NCBI GenBank assembly: GCA_943354745.1
Contig: CALRDB010000002.1
Coordinates: forward strand, 3,679 to 67,678
Reading direction: 5' to 3'
DNA length: 64,000 nt
DNA from: Candidatus Nomurabacteria bacterium
GTDB lineage: Bacteria; Patescibacteriota; Minisyncoccia; Phycocordibacterales; UBA10002
Positions within the stretch are counted from its first letter, which is position 1. Every line of letters starts with the position of its first letter. Both the position numbers and the translations under genes were made by a program. This document shows positions 54,215 to 64,000 of this stretch, piece after piece. The notes under the pieces were generated by a model. The model did no database searches, was not told where the DNA came from, and saw nothing but the letters and a program-made list of their open reading frames with translations.

Positions 54215-57200
54215 TTATTCAGTTGATTCTTCGAACGCAGGCTCGGGGTAGAGTTCTTTCTGTAACTTCTCGATCATAGCTGCTTTCGGGCCTCCCTTGA
54301 ATCCGGTTCCTGCAGGGATAAGGCGACCGATAATGACGTTCTCCATAAGACCTCGGAGTGTGTCTTTGCTACCTCGGACCGCCGAGTTGATGAGTACTCG
54401 TGTGGTGTGTTGGAAGGATGCGGCGGAAAGGAAGCTGCGACGAGAAAGAGAGACTTCCGAAATACCCATAACGAGTGAGTCTGCCTTTGCTTCTTCCCCT
54501 CCTTGCTCCTTGGCAAGATCATTTTCACGAGAGAGCGTGAGTGGGTCAACAACATCTCCGACAGAAAGCGTCGTACCTCCTTGATCCTTCACCTTTCGGC
54601 GGAAGAACATCTGACGAACAATAGTTTCAATGTGTTTTCGTGCCACAGTTTCTCCTTGCAAGTCGTAAGGCTTGGTGACTTCAGTGATGATGTATTCCTG
54701 CGCTCGTTCACGTCCGCCGTATTTGAAGAGCTCGTCGATATCAGCCGCACCGTCGGTAAGCAAGTCGCCTTTCTTCACTCGGTCTCCAACCTTTACGAAT
54801 GGGATACGGTTGTAGCTGGTGACATACTCTGATTCGCTCTTCTTCTTGGTGGTCTTAGACTTATCGGCGATGTCAGGAAGTACCGAGATAACTTTTTCTT
54901 TTCCAAGATCTTTGATGTCGATAACCGTACCGTCAACTCGGGCAACTACAGCCGGACTTTTCGGAGCACGCTTCTCAAAGAGTTCCTCAACTCGAGGAAG
55001 ACCCTGTGTGATATCGCCACCGAGAGATGAGACACCTCCCGTATGGAAGGTACGCATTGTAAGCTGAGTTCCTGGTTCACCGATGGCCTGTGCGGCAACC
55101 GTTCCGACAGCCTCACCTAATCCAACCACTTCGTGTTTACCAAGATCAAGTCCGTAGCATTTCTGACAAATACCCGAAATGCTCTTACAGGTAAGCGGTG
55201 ATCGCACCAGTACTTCCTTCACTCCCGACTCCTGTACTTGGAGTCCATCGAGTTTCGAGAGCAGGTCCCCTTTCTTGAAGAGTACCTTGTCGTCATCGAT
55301 AATGTCAGCTGCCATGAATCGTCCACGAATATTCTTACCAAGCTGCGTATCTGCACCAGAACCAGTACTCCGGGCAATCTTGATGCCATCTTTAGTGCCA
55401 CAGTCCTCTTCGGTCACCATCACATCTTGGGCGACAACGAAAAGCTTTCTCGTAAGATACCCTGCTTTCGCGGTGTTAAGCGCGGTGTCAGTAAGACCTT
55501 TGCGCGAACCGTGCGTCGTGATGAAGTACTCAATCGGAGTAAGACCTTCCTTCATACAGGACAAGATTGGAAATTCGATTGTCTCACCAGCGGTATTTTG
55601 GATGAGACCCTTCATACCGGCCATTTGCGTAATTTGAGAGAACGAACCTCGAGCACCGGAATACACCATGTCGTACAGTGAACCATTCTTGTCGAGTGAA
55701 TCGGGAATCAGTTTTTCCACCTCACTTTTAGCGGCATGCCAGATTTCAATATTCTTTCGAAGGCGTTCATCTTCCGAGAGAAGACCATTACGCCATTGTT
55801 CAAATGCCAATTCAGACTTTACCTTGGCTCGATCAATAACTTCTGACTTGCCTGGAGGAACCTTCACATCATCAATACCCCACGTAATACCGGAGTAGGT
55901 AGCATATTTGAACCCGAACGCCTTAATGCGGTCCATAATGGTAGGAATCTCAGCGATACCGTAGCGGTTGATGAGGTCGTCAATCAGAGCCGACATACTT
56001 TTTCGCTCCATTTCTTTGTTGATGTACGCGTAATCGTTTGGAAGTACGCTGTTGAACAAGAGTCGTCCTACCGTTGTCTCAAACACTTTACCGTCAAATG
56101 CTTTATATTTTTCCTGTTCGGTGGCGAGCACTTTGATCTTCGCCCGGAAGTCGACAACATCGAAATCCCACGCCGTAATCGCGTTGTTCGGTCTCGCAAA
56201 CATTTTGCCTTCACCTTTTGCTCCGGGGAATACTTTGGTCATCCACCAGCAACCGAGCACGATATCGAGCATTTTTCCGGACACAATAGGATCACCTGAA
56301 CCTGGCTTCAAAATGTTCTTGTGAGCAGCCATGATTTCACTGGCCTCCATCTGTGCTTCCTCTGAGAGCGGTACGTGTACGGCCATCTGGTCTCCGTCGA
56401 AGTCCGCATTAAAGGCGGTACACACGAGCGGGTGGACGTGGATAGCGTTTCCTTCAATAAGTACGGGCTGGAAGGCCTGAATACCTAGACGGTGAAGGGT
56501 GGGTGCGCGGTTAAGCAGTACATATTTATTTTTGATGACATCTTCAAGAATCGCCCAGACTTCGGGAACTCCTTCTTCGATAAGACGTCCCGCGCCACGA
56601 ATATTAAAGGCGAGCTCTTTCTGAAGAAGTTTACAAATTACGAACGGCCGGAACAATTCAAGCGCCATGTGTTTCGGAAGACCACACTGGTGGAGCTTTA
56701 GTTCAGGACCAACCACAATAACAGAACGACCTGAGTAGTCGACTCGTTTACCGAGAAGGTTTTGGCGGAAGAGTCCTCGCTTGCCCTTCAAGTTGTCAGA
56801 AAGAGATTTAAGCGGACGTCGTTGTGACGCCGTAAGCGCGCCTGCGGCACCGGCACCATGGCGGATAGAATTGTCGATGAGTGAGTCGACAGCCTCTTGA
56901 AGAATACGTTTCTCGTTGCGCAAAATAACATCAGGAGCACTGATCTCCTTCAATTTGCGAAGACGGTTATTCCGATTAATCACGCGTCGATACAGGTCAT
57001 TGACGTCTGAGGTCGCATAGCGCCCACCATCGAGCGGAACCATCGGTCGTAGCGCGGGAGGAATAACGGGGATACTCGTAAGGAACATCCACTCAGGGCG
57101 GATCTTCGCGGAAATCATAGAACGAACAAGAGAAAGTCGTTTGTTCATGCGATCGCGTTCGACAGAACTTACCTTGTCGATTTGTTCCTCAAGTGATTTT

Positions 57201-57901
57201 CGGAGGACATCCAGATCAAGTACAAGGAGGAGGTTATAGATTGCTTCTGCACCAACACCGGCTTCGAAAAGTGTACCGTATTTAAGTGAGAATGAATGAT
57301 ACTGCACTTCATCAAGCACCGCACCTTTAACGATACCCTCGATTTCGCGCTTAGTGGAAAGATACCGCTCCTTGAGAGCTTCACGATCCTTTTCAGTCGA
57401 AAGTGCTTTAACTTTCGAACGGTACTCACCTTCGAGTTCACGGAGCAAGCGGGCACATTCAGTCGGCTCTACCTTCGTGATAAGGTATCCGGCAAAATAA
57501 ATAACCTTTTCAAGTTCTCCACTCGACATACCAAGGAGGAGTCCGAGGCGTGATGGCATACTCCTAAGGAACCAGATATGGGACACGGGCGAAGAGAGGT
57601 CGATATGACCCATGCGCTCACGGCGAACAATGGAGCGAGTGAGTTCTACACCACATTTTTCGCATACAATTCCCTTATAACGAACACCACGATATTTTCC
57701 GCAATAACATTCGTAGTCACGATCGGGACCGAAGATACGTTCATCAAAGAGACCGTTCTTCTCACTTCGCTGTGTACGGTAGTTAATTGTCTCGGACTTC
57801 GTAATTTCGCCGAAAGACCACTCCTTAATATCATTTGGAGACGCGAGCTTAAGGAATACTGAATCGAAGTCGTTTATATTTGAGATGGTTTTTGATTTCA
57901 T
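54215..57901 (-). CDS. rpoC: RNA polymerase beta' subunit
   Basis: Zinc finger and NADFDGDQM catalytic motif. Confidence 0.99.
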   Translation of the reverse strand: MKSKTISNINDFDSVFLKLASPNDIKEWSFGEITKSETINYRTQRSEKNGLFDERIFGPDRDYECYCGKYRGVRYKGIVCEKCGVELTRSIVRRERMGHIDLSSPVSHIWFLRSMPSRLGLLLGMSSGELEKVIYFAGYLITKVEPTECARLLRELEGEYRSKVKALSTEKDREALKERYLSTKREIEGIVKGAVLDEVQYHSFSLKYGTLFEAGVGAEAIYNLLLVLDLDVLRKSLEEQIDKVSSVERDRMNKRLSLVRSMISAKIRPEWMFLTSIPVIPPALRPMVPLDGGRYATSDVNDLYRRVINRNNRLRKLKEISAPDVILRNEKRILQEAVDSLIDNSIRHGAGAAGALTASQRRPLKSLSDNLKGKRGLFRQNLLGKRVDYSGRSVIVVGPELKLHQCGLPKHMALELFRPFVICKLLQKELAFNIRGAGRLIEEGVPEVWAILEDVIKNKYVLLNRAPTLHRLGIQAFQPVLIEGNAIHVHPLVCTAFNADFDGDQMAVHVPLSEEAQMEASEIMAAHKNILKPGSGDPIVSGKMLDIVLGCWWMTKVFPGAKGEGKMFARPNNAITAWDFDVVDFRAKIKVLATEQEKYKAFDGKVFETTVGRLLFNSVLPNDYAYINKEMERKSMSALIDDLINRYGIAEIPTIMDRIKAFGFKYATYSGITWGIDDVKVPPGKSEVIDRAKVKSELAFEQWRNGLLSEDERLRKNIEIWHAAKSEVEKLIPDSLDKNGSLYDMVYSGARGSFSQITQMAGMKGLIQNTAGETIEFPILSCMKEGLTPIEYFITTHGSRKGLTDTALNTAKAGYLTRKLFVVAQDVMVTEEDCGTKDGIKIARSTGSGADTQLGKNIRGRFMAADIIDDDKVLFKKGDLLSKLDGLQVQESGVKEVLVRSPLTCKSISGICQKCYGLDLGKHEVVGLGEAVGTVAAQAIGEPGTQLTMRTFHTGGVSSLGGDITQGLPRVEELFEKRAPKSPAVVARVDGTVIDIKDLGKEKVISVLPDIADKSKTTKKKSESEYVTSYNRIPFVKVGDRVKKGDLLTDGAADIDELFKYGGRERAQEYIITEVTKPYDLQGETVARKHIETIVRQMFFRRKVKDQGGTTLSVGDVVDPLTLSRENDLAKEQGGEEAKADSLVMGISEVSLSRRSFLSAASFQHTTRVLINSAVRGSKDTLRGLMENVIIGRLIPAGTGFKGGPKAAMIEKLQKELYPEPAFEESTE

Positions 57902-57938
57902 AGCAATACGAATTACAAATCTTTACGAATATACGAAG

Positions 57939-60900
57939 TTAACGGCTTCGTTCTCGTTTGCGCTCGTAAGTGCTCGACCGCTTTGCGGGAATTTCTTCCC
58001 CCGTCTCCCCTTCCTTCTTAAGTTCAACGTCAAGTGCCAATCCGCGAAGTGTGTTAAGCAACACACTAAATGATGCGGGTGCATTCATCTGAGAAATACG
58101 TTCACCCTTCACGATAGCGTCGAAAGCGGCAGAACGACCTAAGATGTCGTCTGATTTAATGGTGAGCATTTCGCGAAGTGTGTACGCGGCACCATGACCG
58201 AGAAGTGCCCAGACCTCCATTTCACCGAAGCGTTGTCCTCCACCTTGTGCCTTTCCTCCGAGCGGCTGCTGCGTGATGAGTGAGTACGGTCCGATCGAAC
58301 GCATGTGAATCTTGTCTTCAACCATGTGATGGAGCTTCATGATATACATGTAGCCCACGGCGATATCCTGACTGAATTTATCACCACTTCGTCCATCAAA
58401 GAGTTTCATCTTTCCGTTTGAGTTGATGCCCGCTTTGACCAGCTCTTCTTTAATTTCTGTGTCGGTAGCTCCGGCGAAAGGTGGAACGATAGCCTGATAC
58501 CCAAGTGTACTGGCGGCAAGTCCGAGGTGAAGCTCCAGAATTTGTCCGAGGTTCATACGAGAAGGAACACCAAGGGGCGTAAGGATCATGTCCACAGGAC
58601 GTCCATCGGCCATATAGGGCATATCTTCCTCGGGAAGAACTTTCGAAACAACACCTTTATTACCGTGTCGTCCGGCAAATTTATCACCCACTGAGGCGGC
58701 ACGAAGTTCTGCCACTTCTATATGGATGCGTTTGATGATGCCCGATTCAAGCTTATCGCCCTTCTCGCGAGAAAATACTTTCACACCAATGATGCGTCCG
58801 CGCTTTCCGTTCTCCATGCGCTTTGAGGTATCTTTCACGTCACGCGCTTTCTCACCGAAAAGTGAACGGAGGAGTCGCTCTTCTGGGGTAAGTTGGGTCT
58901 CTCCTTTCGGGGTAATTTTACCAACAAGGATATCGCCGGGACGCACTTCAGCGCCGATGCGGACCACACCGTCTTCATCGAGATTTTTTAATTTGCTTTC
59001 ACCGACGTTCGGGATGTCATGTGTCGTGATCTCCGGTCCGAGCTTTGTGTCTCGCACATTTACAACGAATTCTTCGATATGAATACTGGTGAACCGGCTA
59101 TCTTTTACGAGACGCTCGGAAATAATGATAGCGTCTTCATAGTTAGAACCAGACCATGACATGAATGCGATGAGGATGTTTTGACCAAGTGCCATCTGAC
59201 CTCGGTCACTTGAGGAGGTATCAGAAAGTACATCACCACGTTTCACTTCCTGTCCGAGTGAGGCCGTTGGTCGTTGATGGAACGAGGTGAAGCCATTGGT
59301 TCGTGAGAAGTTGACGAGTGGATACTCCTTCTCCTTTCCTTTCGTGCTCTTGAGTACGATGCGTCGTGCGTCAATGTGACTAATGACACCGTCTTCTTCC
59401 GCGATAATAAGCCGTCCTGTATCACGAGCCGCGGTCTCTTCGATACCTGTCGCGACAAGAGGAGCTTCAGGAGTAAGACAGGGAGTTGCTTGTTTTTGCA
59501 TATTCGAACCCATGAGCGCTCGGTTTGCGTCGTCATGGTTAAGAAACGGGATCATAGAGGTGGCAACCGAAAACGCTTGGTTGGTGGCGACATCGATATA
59601 GTCGACTTCCTCACGAGCAATGAGTTCAGGCTTACCATTGAGACGCACTTCAACTTCCTCGACAAGAATAGTTCCGTCGGTGTCATATTTCGTCGCAGCG
59701 TGCGCAATCTTGAAATTTTCTTCCTCAAGTGCGTTGAGGTACTGCACTTCTTTGGTGATCTTGCCATTCTTTACTTTCGCATACGGCGTTTCGATCATAC
59801 CGAAGCTGTTGAGCCGTGCGTAGGTGGACAAGCGTAAAATAAGACCGATGTTCGGACCTTCTGGTGTGTGGATAGGACAGAGTCGGCCGTAGTGAGACGG
59901 GTGAACGTCACGCACTTCGAAACCAGCACGTTCACGCGTAAGACCACCCGGACCAAGAGCCGAAAGGGTCCGAAGATGTTCAAGTTCGGAGAGAATGTTC
60001 TCCTGTTGCATGAACTGAGAGAGTTGGTTCGTAGTGAAGAATTCTTTAATACGAGCTTGCAGAGGCTTTGGTGAAATGAAGTTCACAGGAAGTGTGACAT
60101 CCGATTCCACGGTAGACATGCGGTCCTGCACGTTACGCTTGATTTGTGCCATACCGACACGAATCTTTTGCTGGAAGAGCTCACCGACAAAACGAACACG
60201 ACGAGAACCGAGGTGATCGATATCATCTTCTGCTGCGTCTGACGTATTGTTGAGCAAAATAACTTTGGAAACAATCGCCACGAGGTCCTCGAGCGAAATC
60301 GTGCGACGGTCCATCTCTTTTTCATCCATCGCCTTTCCGAAACGCTTGTTGAAACGGAATCGGCCTACCTTTGAAAGGTCATAGCGTTCAGGATCAAAGA
60401 TAGAATTGATGAACTCTTTGGCATTTTCAACACTACCGATCTCCCCGTCTCGAAGACGTTTGTGAATTTCAATGTAGGCCTCATCGGTGGTCTTGGCGTG
60501 GTCTTTGGCGATCGTTGCTTTGATATGAGGTTCAGCTTGGGGAAGCGTGGAAAACAGACTAAGCATATGTTTCTCATCTTTGGCTCCACGAATACGAAGG
60601 AGTGACGTGACCGCAAACTTTCGCTTTCGGTCGATACGCACATACAGAGCGCCGTCAACGTCAGTTTCAATTTCTATCCAGGCGCCTCGAGCTGGGATAA
60701 TCTTTGCTCCAAAATATTTCCTTCCCTTCACTTCTTCAGCAGTGAAGAATACACCGAACGAACGCGCGAGCTGCGGCACGATAACACGCTCAATACCCGA
60801 AATCACAAACGTACCGTGACTGGTCATAAGTGGAAAGTCCGCCATAAAGAGTTCTTGCTCCTTCACGGACCCCACAATTTTGTTTTTGAGTCGGACGGTT

Positions 60901-61187
60901 ACTTTTAGCGGCGCTTCATAGGAGAGCTTATTTTGCTTCGCGTAAAATTCATCAAACTTGGGTTCAGAAAGCTTGAAACCAGTAAAATCAAGTTCGAACT
61001 TTTTGCCAGAGTAGTCCTTAATAGAAGAGAACTCGGAAAAGACCTCTCGGAGCCCGTTTTCGAGCAACCACTTAAACGAATCAACCTGAGGCTCCACGAG
61101 ATTAGGGAGTGTCGTGAGCGGAGTCTTATATGCACCGAAGTACTTTTTCGGCCATGCCTGCAAATTAGACTCTTTCTGTGTGCTCAT
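57939..61187 (-). CDS. rpoB: RNA polymerase beta subunit
   Basis: GDKFAGRHGNKG, HMVEDKIH.R and GGQRFGEME. Confidence 0.99.
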   Translation of the reverse strand: MSTQKESNLQAWPKKYFGAYKTPLTTLPNLVEPQVDSFKWLLENGLREVFSEFSSIKDYSGKKFELDFTGFKLSEPKFDEFYAKQNKLSYEAPLKVTVRLKNKIVGSVKEQELFMADFPLMTSHGTFVISGIERVIVPQLARSFGVFFTAEEVKGRKYFGAKIIPARGAWIEIETDVDGALYVRIDRKRKFAVTSLLRIRGAKDEKHMLSLFSTLPQAEPHIKATIAKDHAKTTDEAYIEIHKRLRDGEIGSVENAKEFINSIFDPERYDLSKVGRFRFNKRFGKAMDEKEMDRRTISLEDLVAIVSKVILLNNTSDAAEDDIDHLGSRRVRFVGELFQQKIRVGMAQIKRNVQDRMSTVESDVTLPVNFISPKPLQARIKEFFTTNQLSQFMQQENILSELEHLRTLSALGPGGLTRERAGFEVRDVHPSHYGRLCPIHTPEGPNIGLILRLSTYARLNSFGMIETPYAKVKNGKITKEVQYLNALEEENFKIAHAATKYDTDGTILVEEVEVRLNGKPELIAREEVDYIDVATNQAFSVATSMIPFLNHDDANRALMGSNMQKQATPCLTPEAPLVATGIEETAARDTGRLIIAEEDGVISHIDARRIVLKSTKGKEKEYPLVNFSRTNGFTSFHQRPTASLGQEVKRGDVLSDTSSSDRGQMALGQNILIAFMSWSGSNYEDAIIISERLVKDSRFTSIHIEEFVVNVRDTKLGPEITTHDIPNVGESKLKNLDEDGVVRIGAEVRPGDILVGKITPKGETQLTPEERLLRSLFGEKARDVKDTSKRMENGKRGRIIGVKVFSREKGDKLESGIIKRIHIEVAELRAASVGDKFAGRHGNKGVVSKVLPEEDMPYMADGRPVDMILTPLGVPSRMNLGQILELHLGLAASTLGYQAIVPPFAGATDTEIKEELVKAGINSNGKMKLFDGRSGDKFSQDIAVGYMYIMKLHHMVEDKIHMRSIGPYSLITQQPLGGKAQGGGQRFGEMEVWALLGHGAAYTLREMLTIKSDDILGRSAAFDAIVKGERISQMNAPASFSVLLNTLRGLALDVELKKEGETGEEIPAKRSSTYERKRERSR

Positions 61188-61648
61188 AGTTAGTTAGCGT
61201 ATTAAAAACTAGTAATTCAGACTCCTCTTCACATATGCAAACGAAAAAGGCCCCTTATCTTGTTGGGTCTTTTTTGGTTGCAAAATAGTATGATTATGTG
61301 GTGCTTAGCAAGATATATAGGACAGGCCTTATATAAAGCTCCCCGCTTTATACAAGATCCTTGGCTCGGAAATGAAAACACAAAGCCATTTTCACTTCTC
61401 TCACCCCACGTCGCTTATAATGCTTGCCCGCAGGGACGGAACTCACTCTTTCCGCAGGTGCCAAGGAGTCTAGCTTAACCCTCCTTTTTTGTCAATAGCT
61501 TCGTTATACACAGGTGGCGGTTTTTGCTTTCGCTCTCACCATACTCGCTGAAATACGCGGAGTACGAACATCCAGACACCTTAAGTGTGCCTCGTGTTAC
61601 AATGTCGTTGTCTTTCATTCTCATATTCGTACTAATTCGTAAGTTCGT

Positions 61649-62821
61649 ATGATAAAAAAACTCTTTGGCGTTGAGAAAAACATTTTCTTCATGGGGTTGG
61701 TCTCCTTCTTCAACGACTTCTCCAATGAAATGATTGTTTCCGTCTTCCCTGCTTTCTTCAGCTCGGTACTAAAATCAGGAGCCGCTAGCCTAGGGCTTAT
61801 CGAGGGTATTGCCGATGGCTTTGCAAACGTTACGAAAATCTTTTCGGGACACCTGGCCGACAAATTACAAAAGAGAAAACTACTTGCTCTCATCGGCTAC
61901 ATGCTCTCAGTAGCGACAAGACCATTCTATTTGGCTTCTTCGGTTGCTGGACATGTCCTTGGCATTAGAGTTGTCGACCGTATCGGAAAAGGTATACGTG
62001 AAGCACCTCGTGATGCCCTACTCTCTCTTTCTACTACGACCGAAACCATGGGGCGTTCGTTTGGTTTCCACCGAGCCATGGATTCTCTCGGTGCCATACT
62101 CGGCCCTTTGGCCGCCTTTTTTATTCTTGAGGCGTTTCCTGGCGCGTTTAATCGAGTCTTTCTCACTGCCTTTTTTGTCGGTCTACTTGCTCTCTTTACA
62201 TTCATCTTCATTCGGGAAATACACGTCATACACAAACACGGAGGAAACGTCCACCTGCGACTCAACGCGCACACGAAAGAGTTTAAGCGTCTTCTTGGAA
62301 TCATCTTTATCCTTTCCCTCGCCAACCTTCCCATCGCTCTGCTCTTACTGAGGACTCAAGACTTAGGACTAAAGCCTAATTTTATTCCCCTCTTCTACCT
62401 CTTCTTTAGTGTTTCTTATACCACCTTTTCGGTTAAAGCCGGACAACTCTCCGATAGAGTTGGTGACAAACCGGTCATTCTCGGTGGATATCTCCTTATC
62501 GCGCTCGGATACGTTTTCATGATTTACGACCACACTCTCGTCGCCCTAGCGGTTGGCTTTATGACCTTTGGAATGGGAAGTGCTTTCACTGACGGTACAC
62601 AGCGATCGTTTGCCGCGAGACTTACGGCCCCTGAAGAACGCGGAAGTGCTTATGGCCTCCTTAACGCCGCAATTGGGCTTGGACTTCTCTGTTCAGGTAT
62701 CGGCGGAGGTCTCCTGTGGGAGATGTTTGGAGCCACCACGGCACTGACGGTTTCGCTTTCTCTCATTCTCGTCTCACTCATTGCGTTTGGCCTCATTGAC
62801 GGCAAACACACCGACCACTAA
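61649..62821 (+). CDS. MFS transporter
   Basis: SFFND.S.EM, DRIGKGIR.APRDAL and FGFHRAMD; about 12 TM segments. Confidence 0.92.
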   Translation: MIKKLFGVEKNIFFMGLVSFFNDFSNEMIVSVFPAFFSSVLKSGAASLGLIEGIADGFANVTKIFSGHLADKLQKRKLLALIGYMLSVATRPFYLASSVAGHVLGIRVVDRIGKGIREAPRDALLSLSTTTETMGRSFGFHRAMDSLGAILGPLAAFFILEAFPGAFNRVFLTAFFVGLLALFTFIFIREIHVIHKHGGNVHLRLNAHTKEFKRLLGIIFILSLANLPIALLLLRTQDLGLKPNFIPLFYLFFSVSYTTFSVKAGQLSDRVGDKPVILGGYLLIALGYVFMIYDHTLVALAVGFMTFGMGSAFTDGTQRSFAARLTAPEERGSAYGLLNAAIGLGLLCSGIGGGLLWEMFGATTALTVSLSLILVSLIAFGLIDGKHTDH

Positions 62822-62826
62822 GACTA

Positions 62827-63510
62827 CTACTTCTGACGTAGTTTCCACTCGTTTATTTTCGCCTGATGGCCGGAGAGAAGAATTTTGGGGACGCGGAGTT
62901 TTTTGCCTTTGTATTCAAAAGTTTCAGGACGGGTGTAGACATCGGGGCTAGCAATACGGCTTTCCTCGAGAGAATTAAAATCTCCGAGCACACCCTTCAC
63001 CTGTCGTGCGATAACGTCAATCATAAGCATCGCTGGGAGTTCCCCACCGGTTAGTACGAACGGACCGACCGATATTTCTTCCACTTTGAATGCTTTCTTC
63101 ACGCGCGCATCTATTCCCTCATACCGCCCGCAAATGATGACGATGTCTTTATGTTTCGCGTACTTCACCCCACTCTCGTTGGTGAACTGTTTCCCGCTCG
63201 GACTGAGCCAGACAAGAGGAACTTTTAGATTAAAACTTTTAGCTTTTAGCTTTTTCGACATTCCAACATTCTTGAGAATGTTGGAATATGCTTTTTCGAT
63301 GGCGCGGATAACGGGTTCGGCTTGAATGACCATGCCAGGGCCACCACCATACGGTGCGCGGTCAATGCGTTTGTGCTTATCCTCGGTGAAATCCCGTGGA
63401 TTATAAAACTTCACCTGTATCTTTTTATCCTCAATGGCACGCTTCAAAATAGACTCCCCGAGGTAGGAGTCGAACGCGTGTGGAAACAGAGTTATGATGT
63501 GAAAAGTCAT
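62827..63510 (-). CDS. trmD: tRNA (guanine-N1)-methyltransferase
   Basis: ITLFP, PYGGGPGMV, CGRYEGIDAR, VLTGGE and YTRP; start MTFHII at 63510. Confidence 0.97.
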   Translation of the reverse strand: MTFHIITLFPHAFDSYLGESILKRAIEDKKIQVKFYNPRDFTEDKHKRIDRAPYGGGPGMVIQAEPVIRAIEKAYSNILKNVGMSKKLKAKSFNLKVPLVWLSPSGKQFTNESGVKYAKHKDIVIICGRYEGIDARVKKAFKVEEISVGPFVLTGGELPAMLMIDVIARQVKGVLGDFNSLEESRIASPDVYTRPETFEYKGKKLRVPKILLSGHQAKINEWKLRQK

Positions 63511-63609
63511 TTTAATAGTTAGCAGCAAGTAGATAGTAGTTAGTAGAAAGAAAAAGCGCAAGAAAAAATTTGAGCCACCTGGGAAGATGGCTCACAGCAG
63601 ACAGTGGAG

Positions 63610-64000
63610 TTACTTGAGTTGTTTCTGGTAGCGGTTCCCTTTGACGAGTTTGTACCCTAACCTTTCGTAGAACCCTCTGGCTTCTCGACTACTGTTGAGG
63701 CAAACCTGCGAGTATAGTAACTTGATGGCGAGTGCTTCAACTTCATTCATTAGAGCTCGCCCTATACCCTGTGACTTAAGACAGTCTTTGACGCGGACAA
63801 ACCCGACTTCTCCATTCCATGGCCATGTCGGTTTGATTCCGGGAGAGAGACTGACTGTGCCAATTATGGCGTCGCGTTTATCCCGCGCTACCAACATCCT
63901 TCCTCCACACTTCACAAAAAGCGGGAATGTTCGGGATTCGAAGCACCCGAACCGCTCCCACCCTTTGAATAACTCTTGGATGCTCGTTTCGTCAGATTTG
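63610..64000 (-). CDS. GNAT acetyltransferase (partial, runs off window)
   Basis: V......QGIGRALM and A.GFYERLGY; frame open to the window end. Confidence 0.8.
   Translation of the reverse strand, partial: KSDETSIQELFKGWERFGCFESRTFPLFVKCGGRMLVARDKRDAIIGTVSLSPGIKPTWPWNGEVGFVRVKDCLKSQGIGRALMNEVEALAIKLLYSQVCLNSSREARGFYERLGYKLVKGNRYQKQLK

Noticed and set aside
54274-61193. Antisense and alternate-frame ORFs within rpoB/rpoC and other core genes
   Set aside because: They are shadow ORFs of well-supported genes.

Overview
This is a chromosomal window from a small-genome bacterium. The compact housekeeping content, short aspS, weak Shine-Dalgarno signals and tRNAs mostly without encoded CCA suggest Patescibacteria/CPR (Parcubacteria-like); that assignment is inferred. 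Core genes include rplI, rpmA, a xerC/D-like recombinase, gltX, murG-ftsW-mraY, scpAB, aspS (with a T-box), trpS, dnaJ, metK (with a SAM riboswitch), truB, hisS, rpoD, dnaG, rpoC, rpoB and trmD, plus three tRNAs. The main finding is an ~8.8 kb island between dnaG and rpoD (41417-50192, all on the minus strand). It encodes two divergent RAMP/Cas7-like proteins and an Fe-S DinG/XPD-family helicase, interleaved with five non-coding arrays (~4.5 kb, roughly 45-50 units counted by eye). Each unit is a tract of about 10-14 in-phase pentamers (variable NN plus a conserved GGT/GGC/nGT triplet) followed by a 10-13 bp hairpin whose sequence differs between units. There are no identical repeats, no cas1/cas2 and no integrase. 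Six related sigma70 promoters and several terminators divide the island into transcription units. It looks like a non-CRISPR, RNA-guided RAMP system with a gapped guide code and a helicase partner. Dispersed palindromic repeats, some inserted in frame into truB and trmD, and TTCGTA-type repeats just upstream of start codons are also present.
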